From contig CAYQCC010000001.1 of the NCBI GenBank assembly GCA_964415895.1, forward strand, positions 17,934-81,933: DNA of 64,000 nucleotides. The letters run 5' to 3'. The stretch comes from an uncultured Candidatus Saccharibacteria bacterium (GTDB lineage Bacteria; Patescibacteriota; Minisyncoccia; Phycocordibacterales; UBA1006). The notes under the pieces are model-generated. The model was given only the letters and a program-made list of their open reading frames with translations, was not told the origin of the DNA and ran no database searches. Positions 27,367 through 36,006 of this stretch are shown in pieces (within the stretch, counting starts at the first letter, position 1; each line of letters opens with the position of its first letter). The position numbers and the translations under genes are program-made.

Positions 27367-28269
27367 TTACAGCCACTTCTTCTTGTTGAAATACATCATC
27401 ATAATCAAAAGAATAACAACCAGTATTCCTATTACGATCCAAAATCCGTTTTCTCCGTGGAAGATATGTGGCGATGCAGGATCGAATAATATAATTGCAA
27501 TTAATGAAAGAGGGAATGTAACGAACGACATTAATGTAAGTGTTCGCATAATTTCGTTAGTTCTATTTGTAAGTAATGAATCGTATGTCTGACGTAATTC
27601 CTGCGTCATTTCGCGAGAACTATCCATAATGGTTGTCAGGTGATAATACCGATGCATAATTGACTGTACAACAGATTCAAATTCATCACCAAACAATGCA
27701 ATTGCTTCATGTTCAAACGATGTAAGGATTTCATGATGAAACCGCAGTGCTGACTTACAATCAAGTAATTTTCTGTGAAGAGTAATTAATATTTTAGAGA
27801 TTGAAGAATCGTTTTCACCAAAGATTCTATTTTCTACATCAGTAATATCCTTTTTAATAAGTGACAATTCATCAATAAGACCATCATACAGATCGTCGAT
27901 CATTAGTCCAAAAATATTTCCACCATGGATATCTGCCATGGGTGACTTGTTGCTTGCAGTGTGTTTTTTCTCGAACGATAACAACGTATCTATTGGCAAA
28001 TATCTATTAGTAATAATGAACTTTTTATGTACTATAAAATCGATTTCAATAGCGCCTCCAGTTTTATGTGCTGGGTGATCGGGAAAATGAAGAACAAAAA
28101 ACAGATAATCATCGTACCGGACTGCTTTTGCTCGCAAAGATGGACGCAATAATTCGATCGCACATGACTCATTAATATCAAATTCGTTAATAATAGTATG
28201 GATTTCCTCGGTGGTTGGGTTTTCCAAATCAATCCATGGAATGCCGTATAAATCATTGCGGTTTATCAT
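27367..28269 (-). CDS. CorA-like divalent cation transporter (divergent; GMN motif absent)
   Basis: Soluble N-terminal domain plus 2 C-terminal transmembrane helices ending KKKWL. ...FPLSLIAIILFDPASP occupies the position of the YGMNF motif. Apparently co-transcribed with cysS (20-nt gap). Confidence 0.5.
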   Translation of the reverse strand: MINRNDLYGIPWIDLENPTTEEIHTIINEFDINESCAIELLRPSLRAKAVRYDDYLFFVLHFPDHPAHKTGGAIEIDFIVHKKFIITNRYLPIDTLLSFEKKHTASNKSPMADIHGGNIFGLMIDDLYDGLIDELSLIKKDITDVENRIFGENDSSISKILITLHRKLLDCKSALRFHHEILTSFEHEAIALFGDEFESVVQSIMHRYYHLTTIMDSSREMTQELRQTYDSLLTNRTNEIMRTLTLMSFVTFPLSLIAIILFDPASPHIFHGENGFWIVIGILVVILLIMMMYFNKKKWL

Positions 28270-28324
28270 ATGGACAAAAGTATAGCATTTTAGGGACAGT
28301 TTTGGTAGCTTTTTTGTATTTCAT

Positions 28325-28440
28325 CCCCTCCTAAATTAGGAGAGGTGACCGAAGGTCGGGGTGGTATTTTGAGTGCATTACTTATCCATAAATCTTCTTG
28401 ATCCTCGTGCCTCAGGTCAGTCTCCTAATTTATGAGGGGG
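28325..28440. repeat. second inverted pair of CCCCTCCTAAATTAGGAGAGG-type dyad elements, flanking a 72-nt spacer, in the corA/cysS-rplU divergent promoter region
   Basis: 28325-28345 and 28420-28440 are near reverse complements of each other. Each contains the CTCCTAA-TTAGGAG dyad. This is the same family as at 21315-21383. Confidence 0.55.
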
Positions 28441-28453
28441 TTCAATGCTTTGC

Positions 28454-28481
28454 TTGCATTTCTTTTGAAATTATGTATACT
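28454..28481 (+). promoter_or_regulatory. promoter TTGCAT-16-TATACT for rplU
   Basis: Hexamers read from the sequence. ATG at 28492. Confidence 0.45.
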
Positions 28482-28491
28482 GGTACGCATT

Positions 28492-28899
28492 ATGGCATCA
28501 ACAACTACGTCAAAAAAAGCACCTGCAAAAAAGGCTGCTACAAAAAAAGTGAGCACTAAAAAGGCGGTAAATTCTGAGAATTCAGCATTTGCGGTTATTG
28601 CAACTGGTGGAAAACAATACATTGTTCGTGTAGGTGATGTGATCACTATCGAGAAAATGGATGGTGAGTTTGCAGAAGGCCAAGCGACTTCATTTGATCA
28701 AGTATTGCTTACTAACGATGGAACAGCTACAAAAGTAGGCGCTCCAACGGTATCTGGCGCAAAAGTTTCTGCAGAGTTTATCGAAGCAGGACGAGACAAA
28801 AAAGTAATGGTTGTTAAATACAAAGCTAAATCTCGTTACTTAAAGAAAAACGGACACCGACAGCCTCACATGAAATTCAAGATTACTGCAATTGCGTAA
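28492..28899 (+). CDS. rplU: 50S ribosomal protein L21 with Lys/Ala-rich N-terminal extension
   Basis: FAVIATGGKQYIVRVGDVITIEK...KVMVVKYKAKSRYLKKNGHRQPHMKFKITAI. Confidence 0.85.
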   Translation: MASTTTSKKAPAKKAATKKVSTKKAVNSENSAFAVIATGGKQYIVRVGDVITIEKMDGEFAEGQATSFDQVLLTNDGTATKVGAPTVSGAKVSAEFIEAGRDKKVMVVKYKAKSRYLKKNGHRQPHMKFKITAIA

Positions 28900-28902
28900 A
28901 TA

Positions 28903-28929
28903 AAAGACTCCAGATAATGGAGTTTTTTA
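28903..28929 (+). terminator. rho-independent terminator ACUCCA/UGGAGU + U5
   Basis: Stem-loop followed by TTTTTT. Confidence 0.6.
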
Positions 28930-28930
28930 T

Positions 28931-28958
28931 TTGCAAAAACTTATGAAATCTGTATAAT
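28931..28958 (+). promoter_or_regulatory. promoter TTGCAA-16-TATAAT for tRNA-Ile
   Basis: -35 at 28931-36 and -10 at 28953-58. The tRNA starts at 28977. Confidence 0.55.
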
Positions 28959-28976
28959 GATTTTTTGTAGCCACAT

Positions 28977-29053
28977 GCGTGATTAGCTCAGATGGCTAGA
29001 GCATTCGACTGATACTCGAAAGGTCCTAGGTTCGATCCCTAGATCACGCACCA
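28977..29053 (+). tRNA. tRNA-Ile (anticodon GAT), CCA encoded
   Basis: Acceptor GCGTGAT/ATCACGC and D arm GCTC/GAGC. Anticodon stem TTCGA/TCGAA with loop CTGATAC. T arm CTAGG-TTCGATC-CCTAG. Discriminator A, then CCA. Confidence 0.9.
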
Positions 29054-29057
29054 TCAA

Positions 29058-29082
29058 AAATCCCTTCCAAAGAGGGATTTTT
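29058..29082 (+). terminator. terminator AAAUCCCU-N7-AGGGAUUU
   Basis: 8-bp perfect stem. Confidence 0.65.
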
Positions 29083-29150
29083 GACTGCTTGATATTTAGG
29101 TGTAAATCTCTTATACTTGTTTAGTAATTATTAATAATCACATTTATTTT

Positions 29151-29867
29151 ATGACTGAAAGAATCTCTGGACCCTCTGCAGTTTCGTCTGCTTGGAGTGC
29201 ATTTAAAAAGAATTGGAAATTTATTATACCTGCAGGAATTGTGACCGTTGTTGTTATGATTCTGTTACAAACGCTTCAGAAAAGCGTGCAAGACTCGCCA
29301 ATTCTTGGTCTGATCTTTGCCTTAGTCTCTGTAGTTATTGGGATCGCAATTGCGCTAGGTTGGTCACAAGTTATCTTGAAATTAGTCCGCCATCAGCATG
29401 TTGATTGGAACAGTTTCAAAACAAACACAAATACTTGGTTCCCATATTTTGTGTCACGTTTGATACTTGGAATATTTATCTTTCTATCACTATTACTTAT
29501 CGGTATTCCACTATTCTTTATTATTGGTTCAATGATGAGTGCATCGGTTCCATTGATGATCGTAGGAATCATTGTAGGTATTGCAGGAATCGCATTGTTC
29601 ATTTGGATTGGAATTCGCTACATGTTCATTTCGTTTGTTGCTATTGATAAGAATGTTAATGGTTGGAAAATAATGAAAGAATCAGCACGACTTACAAAAG
29701 GGCATACAGTTGAATTATTTGTATTTATCCTATTTATCATATTAATTAATATTATCGGACTCCTACTATTGGTTGTTGGATTGATTATCACGATTCCTGT
29801 TAGTAAGATTGCAACAGGGTATGTGTACGAACATTTGAAAGGGAAACATGAAATGAAAGGTGAATAA
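29151..29867 (+). CDS. polytopic membrane protein, hypothetical (about 6 transmembrane helices)
   Basis: Hydrophobicity pattern only. Confidence 0.4.
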   Translation: MTERISGPSAVSSAWSAFKKNWKFIIPAGIVTVVVMILLQTLQKSVQDSPILGLIFALVSVVIGIAIALGWSQVILKLVRHQHVDWNSFKTNTNTWFPYFVSRLILGIFIFLSLLLIGIPLFFIIGSMMSASVPLMIVGIIVGIAGIALFIWIGIRYMFISFVAIDKNVNGWKIMKESARLTKGHTVELFVFILFIILINIIGLLLLVVGLIITIPVSKIATGYVYEHLKGKHEMKGE

Positions 29868-29870
29868 AAT

Positions 29871-29924
29871 AACTGAGTAACAGAAAAACCACATCATTTG
29901 ATGTGGTTTTTCTGTTACTCAGTT
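29871..29924 (+). terminator. very long perfect hairpin (26-bp stem, 2-nt centre) with terminator core AAAAACCACAUCA/UGAUGUGGUUUUU
   Basis: rc(29871-29896) = 29899-29924 exactly. Confidence 0.6.
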
Positions 29925-29943
29925 ATCCACAGATAAATATGAG

Positions 29944-29999
29944 GTGGGCGCTTGTGTTTCACGGTGGGACAGAGTATTATTGAAGTGGGATGAAATGGG
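29944..29999 (+). promoter_or_regulatory. putative MraZ operator: four (G)TGGG repeats at 29944, 29964, 29985 and 29995 (spacings 20/21/10 nt) upstream of mraZ
   Basis: MraZ binds phased TGGGN direct repeats upstream of its own gene in E. coli and Bacillus. Here the repeats are helically phased. Confidence 0.45.
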
Positions 30000-30032
30000 A
30001 TTTCTAAATCTCATCAGTTCCGACACACATAT

Positions 30033-30467
30033 ATGTTACTCGGAGAATTTCGCCACACATTGGACGACAAAAACAGAGTTTCCTTGCCAGCAAAATTTCG
30101 CAAGGAACTCGGAAAAAAAGTAATTATTACGCGAGGTCTCGATCCTTGTTTATATGTCTTTTCAATGTCTGAATGGAAAAAATTCTCTGACGAGTTAACA
30201 TCTCAAACTAGTTTCAATCACTCAAACAGTAGAGCTGTCGATCGTTTCTTCACCTCTGGTGCGATAGAAACCGATGTCGATAGCTCTGGAAGAATCCTTA
30301 TTCCAGATTTCTTGAAACAATATGGAAATATGGGGAACAAGGTAGTTGTTGCCGGAGTACGCAATCGTTTAGAACTCTGGAATGAAGATGGATGGAGTGA
30401 TTACATGAAAAAAGTTGAGAAGGAAATTGGTGCACTTGCAGAGCAGTTAAATCAGCCAAAGAAATAA
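30033..30467 (+). CDS. mraZ: transcriptional regulator MraZ
   Basis: The tandem DxxxR motifs EFRHTLDDKNRVSLPAKFRKEL match MraZ. Confidence 0.85.
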   Translation: MLLGEFRHTLDDKNRVSLPAKFRKELGKKVIITRGLDPCLYVFSMSEWKKFSDELTSQTSFNHSNSRAVDRFFTSGAIETDVDSSGRILIPDFLKQYGNMGNKVVVAGVRNRLELWNEDGWSDYMKKVEKEIGALAEQLNQPKK

Positions 30468-30468
30468 T

Positions 30469-31407
30469 ATGACTGAAAAAACATCAGAAAAGGAAAGCGG
30501 TCATATTCCAGTATTATTTGCAGAATCCATTGAAGCCTTGGATATTGATCCGAAAGGAATCTATGTCGACGGAACATTGGGTGGTGCAGGTCATGCTGAA
30601 GCGATTGTAGAAAAGTTATCTAAAGCAGGAACATTGATTGGAATAGATGTTGATATCGATGCGATCAAGCGCGCACAAGTGCGACTCGAGAAATATCAAT
30701 GTCAAAAATATTTCATACATAATAATTTCAGAAACCTAGATTCCATTCTTTCAAAGGTGAACATTGAGTCAGTCTCTGGAATATTGCTTGATCTGGGTTG
30801 GAGTAGCTTCCAAATAGATGATGCGACTCGTGGATTATCATTCATAAACGATGGACCTCTGGATATGAATCTTTCAAAAGGTTTAGACGCAGAACGAGTC
30901 ACAGCATATGAGATTATAAATTCATGGGAAGAATCAACACTTGCAGATATCTTTTATGGCTACGGCGACGAGGTAAAGGCTCGTGTCATTGCGCGGCATA
31001 TTGTTTCTGTGCGAAAAGCACAACCAATTGCGACAACCCATCAATTGGCACAAGTTGTTATCGAAGCGATGTTTCCAAAAAAGGTAGCAGCAAACAAGGA
31101 TGCCTATTTCAAAATCCATCCTGCAACAAAAGTATTCCAAGCATTGCGAATAGCAGTGAATGACGAATTACAAACTGTAACGGACGCAATTCATGTTGGA
31201 ATAACAAAGCTTAGAAAGGGAGGACGATTTGCAATCATAACCTTCCACAGTGGTGAAGACAGAATCGTAAAACATTTATTTAAATCATATGTTGACGAAG
31301 GTTTAATAAAACTTATTACAAAAAAGCCAATCGGTCCGACCGATGAGGAAGTTCGAGCTAATCCTCGAGCGCGCAGTTCAAAATTGCGTATTATTGAAAA
31401 ATTATAA
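30469..31407 (+). CDS. rsmH: 16S rRNA (cytosine1402-N4)-methyltransferase RsmH
   Basis: HIPVL...YVDGTLGGAGHAEAI N-terminus. Conserved position after mraZ. Confidence 0.85.
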   Translation: MTEKTSEKESGHIPVLFAESIEALDIDPKGIYVDGTLGGAGHAEAIVEKLSKAGTLIGIDVDIDAIKRAQVRLEKYQCQKYFIHNNFRNLDSILSKVNIESVSGILLDLGWSSFQIDDATRGLSFINDGPLDMNLSKGLDAERVTAYEIINSWEESTLADIFYGYGDEVKARVIARHIVSVRKAQPIATTHQLAQVVIEAMFPKKVAANKDAYFKIHPATKVFQALRIAVNDELQTVTDAIHVGITKLRKGGRFAIITFHSGEDRIVKHLFKSYVDEGLIKLITKKPIGPTDEEVRANPRARSSKLRIIEKL

Positions 31408-31410
31408 TTA

Positions 31411-31758
31411 ATGAAAACTATGTACCACTCAGTCTCAGCAGAACAATCTCCGGTAGCACATATTGCTTCAAACGCACGTGTTATCATTTCACGATCACTT
31501 TCAGTGGTTGCAGTTGGGTGTGTTGTTGTGTATATGGTATTGATGGTGCGTACAATTTCATTAATTAACGAGCGAAAAGATATTCGTGCTGAAATTCGAA
31601 ATACACAAGTTGCTATTTCAGATTCAGAGGTTCGTTACTTTGAACTTGCACAATCTATTGATCAGAAAGTTATTTCAGATCTTGGATTTACCGAATCAAC
31701 GGTTCCAGTCTTTGCTTATACACATCCAGATTATCCAACAGTTGCTTTAGTTCGATAA
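31411..31758 (+). CDS. FtsL-like small bitopic membrane protein
   Basis: 115 aa with a single transmembrane helix plus a coiled-coil-like region. Conserved position between rsmH and ftsI. Confidence 0.4.
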   Translation: MKTMYHSVSAEQSPVAHIASNARVIISRSLSVVAVGCVVVYMVLMVRTISLINERKDIRAEIRNTQVAISDSEVRYFELAQSIDQKVISDLGFTESTVPVFAYTHPDYPTVALVR

Positions 31759-31782
31759 CCTAAATCCCTTTTTCCTTTGTGA

Positions 31783-33525
31783 ATGAGGGATTTTTGGTAT
31801 AATGAACTGATTATGTCAGATGTCTTTGGTTTCCGAATTCGAGTTGTGTCTTTTTTTGTCCTATTGTTAGGATTGTTATTTGGTGTGAAATTATTCTGGC
31901 TCCAAATTATTCATGGGCACGAATATTCTAGTCAAGCTGATCGTCAGTATGTTACGCCAGAAGGTGCACAATTTGATCGAGGTACGATTTTCTTCAAGAA
32001 AAAAAATGGTGAATTGGTATCCGCTGCAAGTTTGCTGCGTGGCTTTACGCTTGCGATGAATCCAAAGTTGGTAAACGACGAAGAGTCTGTATTTACGCAA
32101 TTACAAGTCATTCTACCTGATCTTAATCATGATGATTTTATTGCGCAGGTTGCAAAAAAAGATGATTCATACGAGGAAATTGCCACACGTATTAACGAAG
32201 ATCAAGCTGCACAGGTAAAAGCTCTTAAAATTCCAGGTGTTACTCTGTACCGTATGAGTTCACGATTTTCGCCTTCCGGAACGGTCGCGCCACAGACGAT
32301 TGGGTTTGTGTCGTACAAAGGAAACGATTTAATTGGACGATATGGAATTGAACGTTCTTATAACGATGTACTATCACGAACATCAAGCCGTTTATATGTA
32401 AATTTCTTTGCCGAAGTATTCTCACATATCACAGACTTATCATCCGATGAAAGCCCGACAGAAGGTGATGTTATTACTAACATAGAACCTGCTGTTCAAA
32501 CATCTTTACAAAATGAATTAGAACTTGCTCGTGATCGATGGAATTCAGACCGCACGATGGGTATTGTTATGGATCCAAAAACAGGCAAAGTGATTGCTAT
32601 GGCGTCTAGTCCTGGGTTTGATATCAATAATTATAGAACAGAATCATCTGTTTCAATTTTTAACAATCCTCTCGTAGAAAGTGCTTTTGAAATGGGTTCT
32701 ATTATGAAACCTATTATTCTTGCAACTGCACTTGATCAGGGTGCTGTGACGGCAGAAACGCGCTATAACGACTCGGGTTCAGTGCGAGTAGGAGATCGTA
32801 CTATTCGTAACTTTGACCACAAAGGACGTGGAAATGTGAATATGCAAACAGTATTAAATCAATCATTGAACACAGGTATGGTATTTATTATGAGTCGTAT
32901 GGAACGACCAAAATTCCGCGATCAGTTTGTTAATTTTGGATTCGGCGAAAAAACTGGAATTGATTTGCCTGCAGAAATTGGAGGAATTACTGGAAACCTA
33001 AAAAGCAATCGTGAAGTTGAATATGCTAACATTTCATTTGGACAGGGAATTGCAGTAACACCTATTGGAATGATTCGCGCGATGTCTGCACTTGCCAATG
33101 GTGGAAAGATAATGGAACCACATATAGTGGATTCAATAGAATATCAGGATGGCTCACGAAAGGAAATTGCACCAAAAGAAGTTAAGCAAGTCATCAAGCC
33201 AGAAACATCTGCTGAAATTACGCGCATGATGATTAATGTGTTTGATAATTATTTCAATGGCGCAAAGAAATTGGAACATTATTCTATTGCTGCAAAAACA
33301 GGTACAGCGCAGATTGCCGATCGTGCGACTGGTGGATATTATTCAGACCGGAATATGCACACATTCGTTGGGTACTTTCCAGCATATAATCCGCAATTCA
33401 TTGTATTTCTCTTAAATGAATATCCAAAAAATGGAGCAGAATTTTCATCACAGACATTGATTGATCCCTTTTTAAATCTTACGAAATTTTTAATCAACTA
33501 CTATAACGTTCCGCCAGACCGTTAA
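31783..33525 (+). CDS. ftsI: penicillin-binding protein (class B transpeptidase, FtsI/PBP2-like)
   Basis: N-terminal transmembrane helix. Transpeptidase motifs SIMKP (SxxK), SLN (SxN) and KTGTA (KTG). Confidence 0.8.
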   Translation: MRDFWYNELIMSDVFGFRIRVVSFFVLLLGLLFGVKLFWLQIIHGHEYSSQADRQYVTPEGAQFDRGTIFFKKKNGELVSAASLLRGFTLAMNPKLVNDEESVFTQLQVILPDLNHDDFIAQVAKKDDSYEEIATRINEDQAAQVKALKIPGVTLYRMSSRFSPSGTVAPQTIGFVSYKGNDLIGRYGIERSYNDVLSRTSSRLYVNFFAEVFSHITDLSSDESPTEGDVITNIEPAVQTSLQNELELARDRWNSDRTMGIVMDPKTGKVIAMASSPGFDINNYRTESSVSIFNNPLVESAFEMGSIMKPIILATALDQGAVTAETRYNDSGSVRVGDRTIRNFDHKGRGNVNMQTVLNQSLNTGMVFIMSRMERPKFRDQFVNFGFGEKTGIDLPAEIGGITGNLKSNREVEYANISFGQGIAVTPIGMIRAMSALANGGKIMEPHIVDSIEYQDGSRKEIAPKEVKQVIKPETSAEITRMMINVFDNYFNGAKKLEHYSIAAKTGTAQIADRATGGYYSDRNMHTFVGYFPAYNPQFIVFLLNEYPKNGAEFSSQTLIDPFLNLTKFLINYYNVPPDR

Positions 33526-33527
33526 AA

Positions 33528-33556
33528 AATAGCCTTTGATGGCTGTTTTTTAATTT
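33528..33556 (+). terminator. rho-independent terminator UAGCC-N6-GGCUG + U6
   Basis: Short stem plus T-run after ftsI. Confidence 0.45.
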
Positions 33557-33721
33557 CTTACATGTCTTACATTTAGTTGTGGATAATAAAATTGCTTTAT
33601 CTGACGATAGGTCCATACTTATAACAAGAGGCTCTCATATAAATCATATATATTTTCAAACACGTGGAACGGATATATGGTGCCTCGCTGTTATTAGATT
33701 AATTTTCAATGAAAACTATTT

Positions 33722-34813
33722 ATGAAATCACTAAAAATATTAACTCTTGCTGTTGCCCTGCTTGTAGTCACAGGAATGAGTTTTGGATTAACAAGTAAAG
33801 TTTCGGCAAATAATGACGGATCAATTGGTGTTAAAGTTGACTCTCGCCTTGATTCACGAGGAACAGATATAAAAGGGGATATTAATATACAGGGTGGAAT
33901 GCATGAGGATGATAAACGAGGTAATGATGATTGGAGTAATGGACATGACAAAGATGGTAAGTCTATTCCAATGATGAGAATGGATACATGGGTTGGGACC
34001 GTAATTGCAATTAACGGATCAACGTTAACAATCAAAAGTATGCGTGACGGAAATAATTTTACCGTTAACGCAAGTAATGCGACTGTTTGGAAAGGATCAA
34101 ATAGCGAACTTTCAAAACTAGCTATAAATGATGTTGTTGTTGTTCGTGGAACTGTTTCAGGTAGCGCTATTACAGCGTCAGCCATTGCAGCTGGAGCTTG
34201 GAAAAGTTCATGGCCAGAAAACGGAAACTGGAACAATCTGAAACCTGGAATTACAGGAACAGTAACTGGTATAACTGGGACATCACTTACCGTTAAGAAC
34301 AATCAAGGCGCTATGTTCGCTGTCGAGACAGCAAATGCAAAACTTCAAAAAGAAAAAGGAACTGTAATAACTATCAGCGATATTAAAATTGGTGACACTG
34401 TATTTGTTCAGGGAACAGTATCAGGTAATACTGTAGCTGCAACTAATGTATTTGATGTTCAAATCTATGCAGAAAAAGCAGAGGAAGCATATAATCCCGA
34501 TATTTCTGGAAAGGTAACAGTATTAAACGGGTTAACTTGGACAGTTGTTACTGATAATAATACTTCTTATACTGTCGATGTGAGTAATGCAAAACTACGA
34601 ACATTGCGAAATGGCGAAGTATCATCAAAGTATAGTGTATCCAATGTTAAAGTAGGTGACACAGTTTGGTTAAAAGGATCAATGAGCGGGACAACATTTG
34701 TCGCTACTAGTTTGGTTGATACAGACTTAACTGTTAAAGCAATGGTAGATACTAAGGTTGGATTTTTCCATCGAATCGGAAACTGGTTCCGTGGATGGTT
34801 TGGACGAAAATAG
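33722..34813 (+). CDS. secreted protein with three tandem ~70-aa repeats
   Basis: Signal peptide MKSLKILTLAVALLVVTGMSFG. The repeats, TGTVT.I.G.SLTV....G..F.V.....K.......I....I..GDTV.V.GTVSG....A..V, are visible by eye. Confidence 0.5.
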   Translation: MKSLKILTLAVALLVVTGMSFGLTSKVSANNDGSIGVKVDSRLDSRGTDIKGDINIQGGMHEDDKRGNDDWSNGHDKDGKSIPMMRMDTWVGTVIAINGSTLTIKSMRDGNNFTVNASNATVWKGSNSELSKLAINDVVVVRGTVSGSAITASAIAAGAWKSSWPENGNWNNLKPGITGTVTGITGTSLTVKNNQGAMFAVETANAKLQKEKGTVITISDIKIGDTVFVQGTVSGNTVAATNVFDVQIYAEKAEEAYNPDISGKVTVLNGLTWTVVTDNNTSYTVDVSNAKLRTLRNGEVSSKYSVSNVKVGDTVWLKGSMSGTTFVATSLVDTDLTVKAMVDTKVGFFHRIGNWFRGWFGRK

Positions 34814-34823
34814 AACTATCAAT

Positions 34824-34845
34824 AAAACCGCTTAGGCGGTTTTAT
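34824..34845. terminator. bidirectional terminator AAAACCGC-UUAG-GCGGUUUU
   Basis: Perfect 8-bp stem. Confidence 0.65.
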
Positions 34846-34892
34846 TGATTATGGGTATGAAAAATGAATAAAAAGTGATATGATGAAATCTT

Positions 34893-35948
34893 ATGAAGAA
34901 GCAAAAAAACGAAACACCACTCTTTAAAAGGAAAACTGACATTATTGCAACACTAGGGTCTTCGTGTGACACAAACGAAACAACATTGCAAATGATACAA
35001 CATGGAATAACTATGGTTCGTATTAATATGAGCCATGGTGATCACGCTGAACATCACGAGCAGATCTTACGAGTTCGAAGATGTGCCAAGCAACTTGGCG
35101 TATCAGTAAAGATAATTGTTGACCTCGGCGGCCCAAAGATTAGAGTTGGATCAATGGAAAAAGACGTGTATTTGAAAGAAGGTTCAAAGGTTGTCATTAC
35201 GACAAAACCTTACATAGGAACTGCAAACCGTTTTAGTGTTTCTTATAAAAAGCTTCCACATGAAGTTCGTAAAGGTCAATATATTTTGATTGCTGATGGT
35301 AAAAGAAAACTTCAAGTTGTCTCAATAGACAAATCGGATGAAATTATTTGCAAGGTTATTACGGGTGGATTATTAACATCTCGTCGTGGTGTAAATATTC
35401 CAGGCGCGGAATTAAGTGTTCCATCAATTACTGCAAAAGATAAAATAGATATGCAGTTTGCTGCAGATCACAAAGCAGAATATATTGCATTATCATTTGT
35501 TCGTTCAGTAAAGGATATTAAACAAGCACGACTATTGTTAAAAAAATTAGGATTACATGCTCAAATAGTTAGTAAGGTTGAAACCGTTGAGGCTATAGAT
35601 AGACTTGAAGACATTGTGAAAGAGTCAGATGTGGTCATGGTTGCGCGTGGTGATCTTGGAATGGAAATCGGATATGAACATGTTCCGATCGAGCAGAAAA
35701 GAATGATTGCTTTGGGAAAAAAATATGGAAAACCAGTGATCGTTGCAACACAATTACTTGATTCAATGGAAAAATCACCAGTCCCAACTCGTGCAGACGT
35801 TTCGGATATTGCAGGAGCTGTATATGATGGTGCGTCAGGACTTATGGTTTCAGGAGAAACTGCTGCAGGGAAACATCCTATTGAAGTTATCGAAGTTATG
35901 AATAAGGTTGCAGTAGCAGTGGAAAAAGCAATGCAGCAAAGTATGTAG
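34893..35948 (+). CDS. pyk: pyruvate kinase, barrel domain only (no C-terminal regulatory domain)
   Basis: KTDIIATLG...NMSHGDHAEH and MVARGDLGMEIG...VATQLLDSM motifs. Only 351 aa. Confidence 0.75.
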   Translation: MKKQKNETPLFKRKTDIIATLGSSCDTNETTLQMIQHGITMVRINMSHGDHAEHHEQILRVRRCAKQLGVSVKIIVDLGGPKIRVGSMEKDVYLKEGSKVVITTKPYIGTANRFSVSYKKLPHEVRKGQYILIADGKRKLQVVSIDKSDEIICKVITGGLLTSRRGVNIPGAELSVPSITAKDKIDMQFAADHKAEYIALSFVRSVKDIKQARLLLKKLGLHAQIVSKVETVEAIDRLEDIVKESDVVMVARGDLGMEIGYEHVPIEQKRMIALGKKYGKPVIVATQLLDSMEKSPVPTRADVSDIAGAVYDGASGLMVSGETAAGKHPIEVIEVMNKVAVAVEKAMQQSM

Positions 35949-36006
35949 AAATCTGGCCATTGGTCAGATTTTAGTTTATATGGGTTTATGGTAGCATAGA
36001 GGCAAT

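Noticed and set aside
28361-28380. GGGGTGGTATTTTGAG resembling the T-box core upstream of rplU
   Set aside because: - It lacks the ACCGCGG half.
- It lacks an antiterminator/terminator pair.
- The downstream gene is not an aaRS.
- It is judged coincidental, or part of the dyad-element spacer.
33706-34302. 198-aa minus-strand ORF antisense to the repeat-protein gene
   Set aside because: - It lies entirely inside a well-supported plus-strand CDS.
- It has a low-complexity Pro/Leu/Ser-rich translation and no start context.
- It is treated as an antisense artefact, as are 1368..1649, 12841..13245, 19658..20065, 23418..24033 and 31191..31487.
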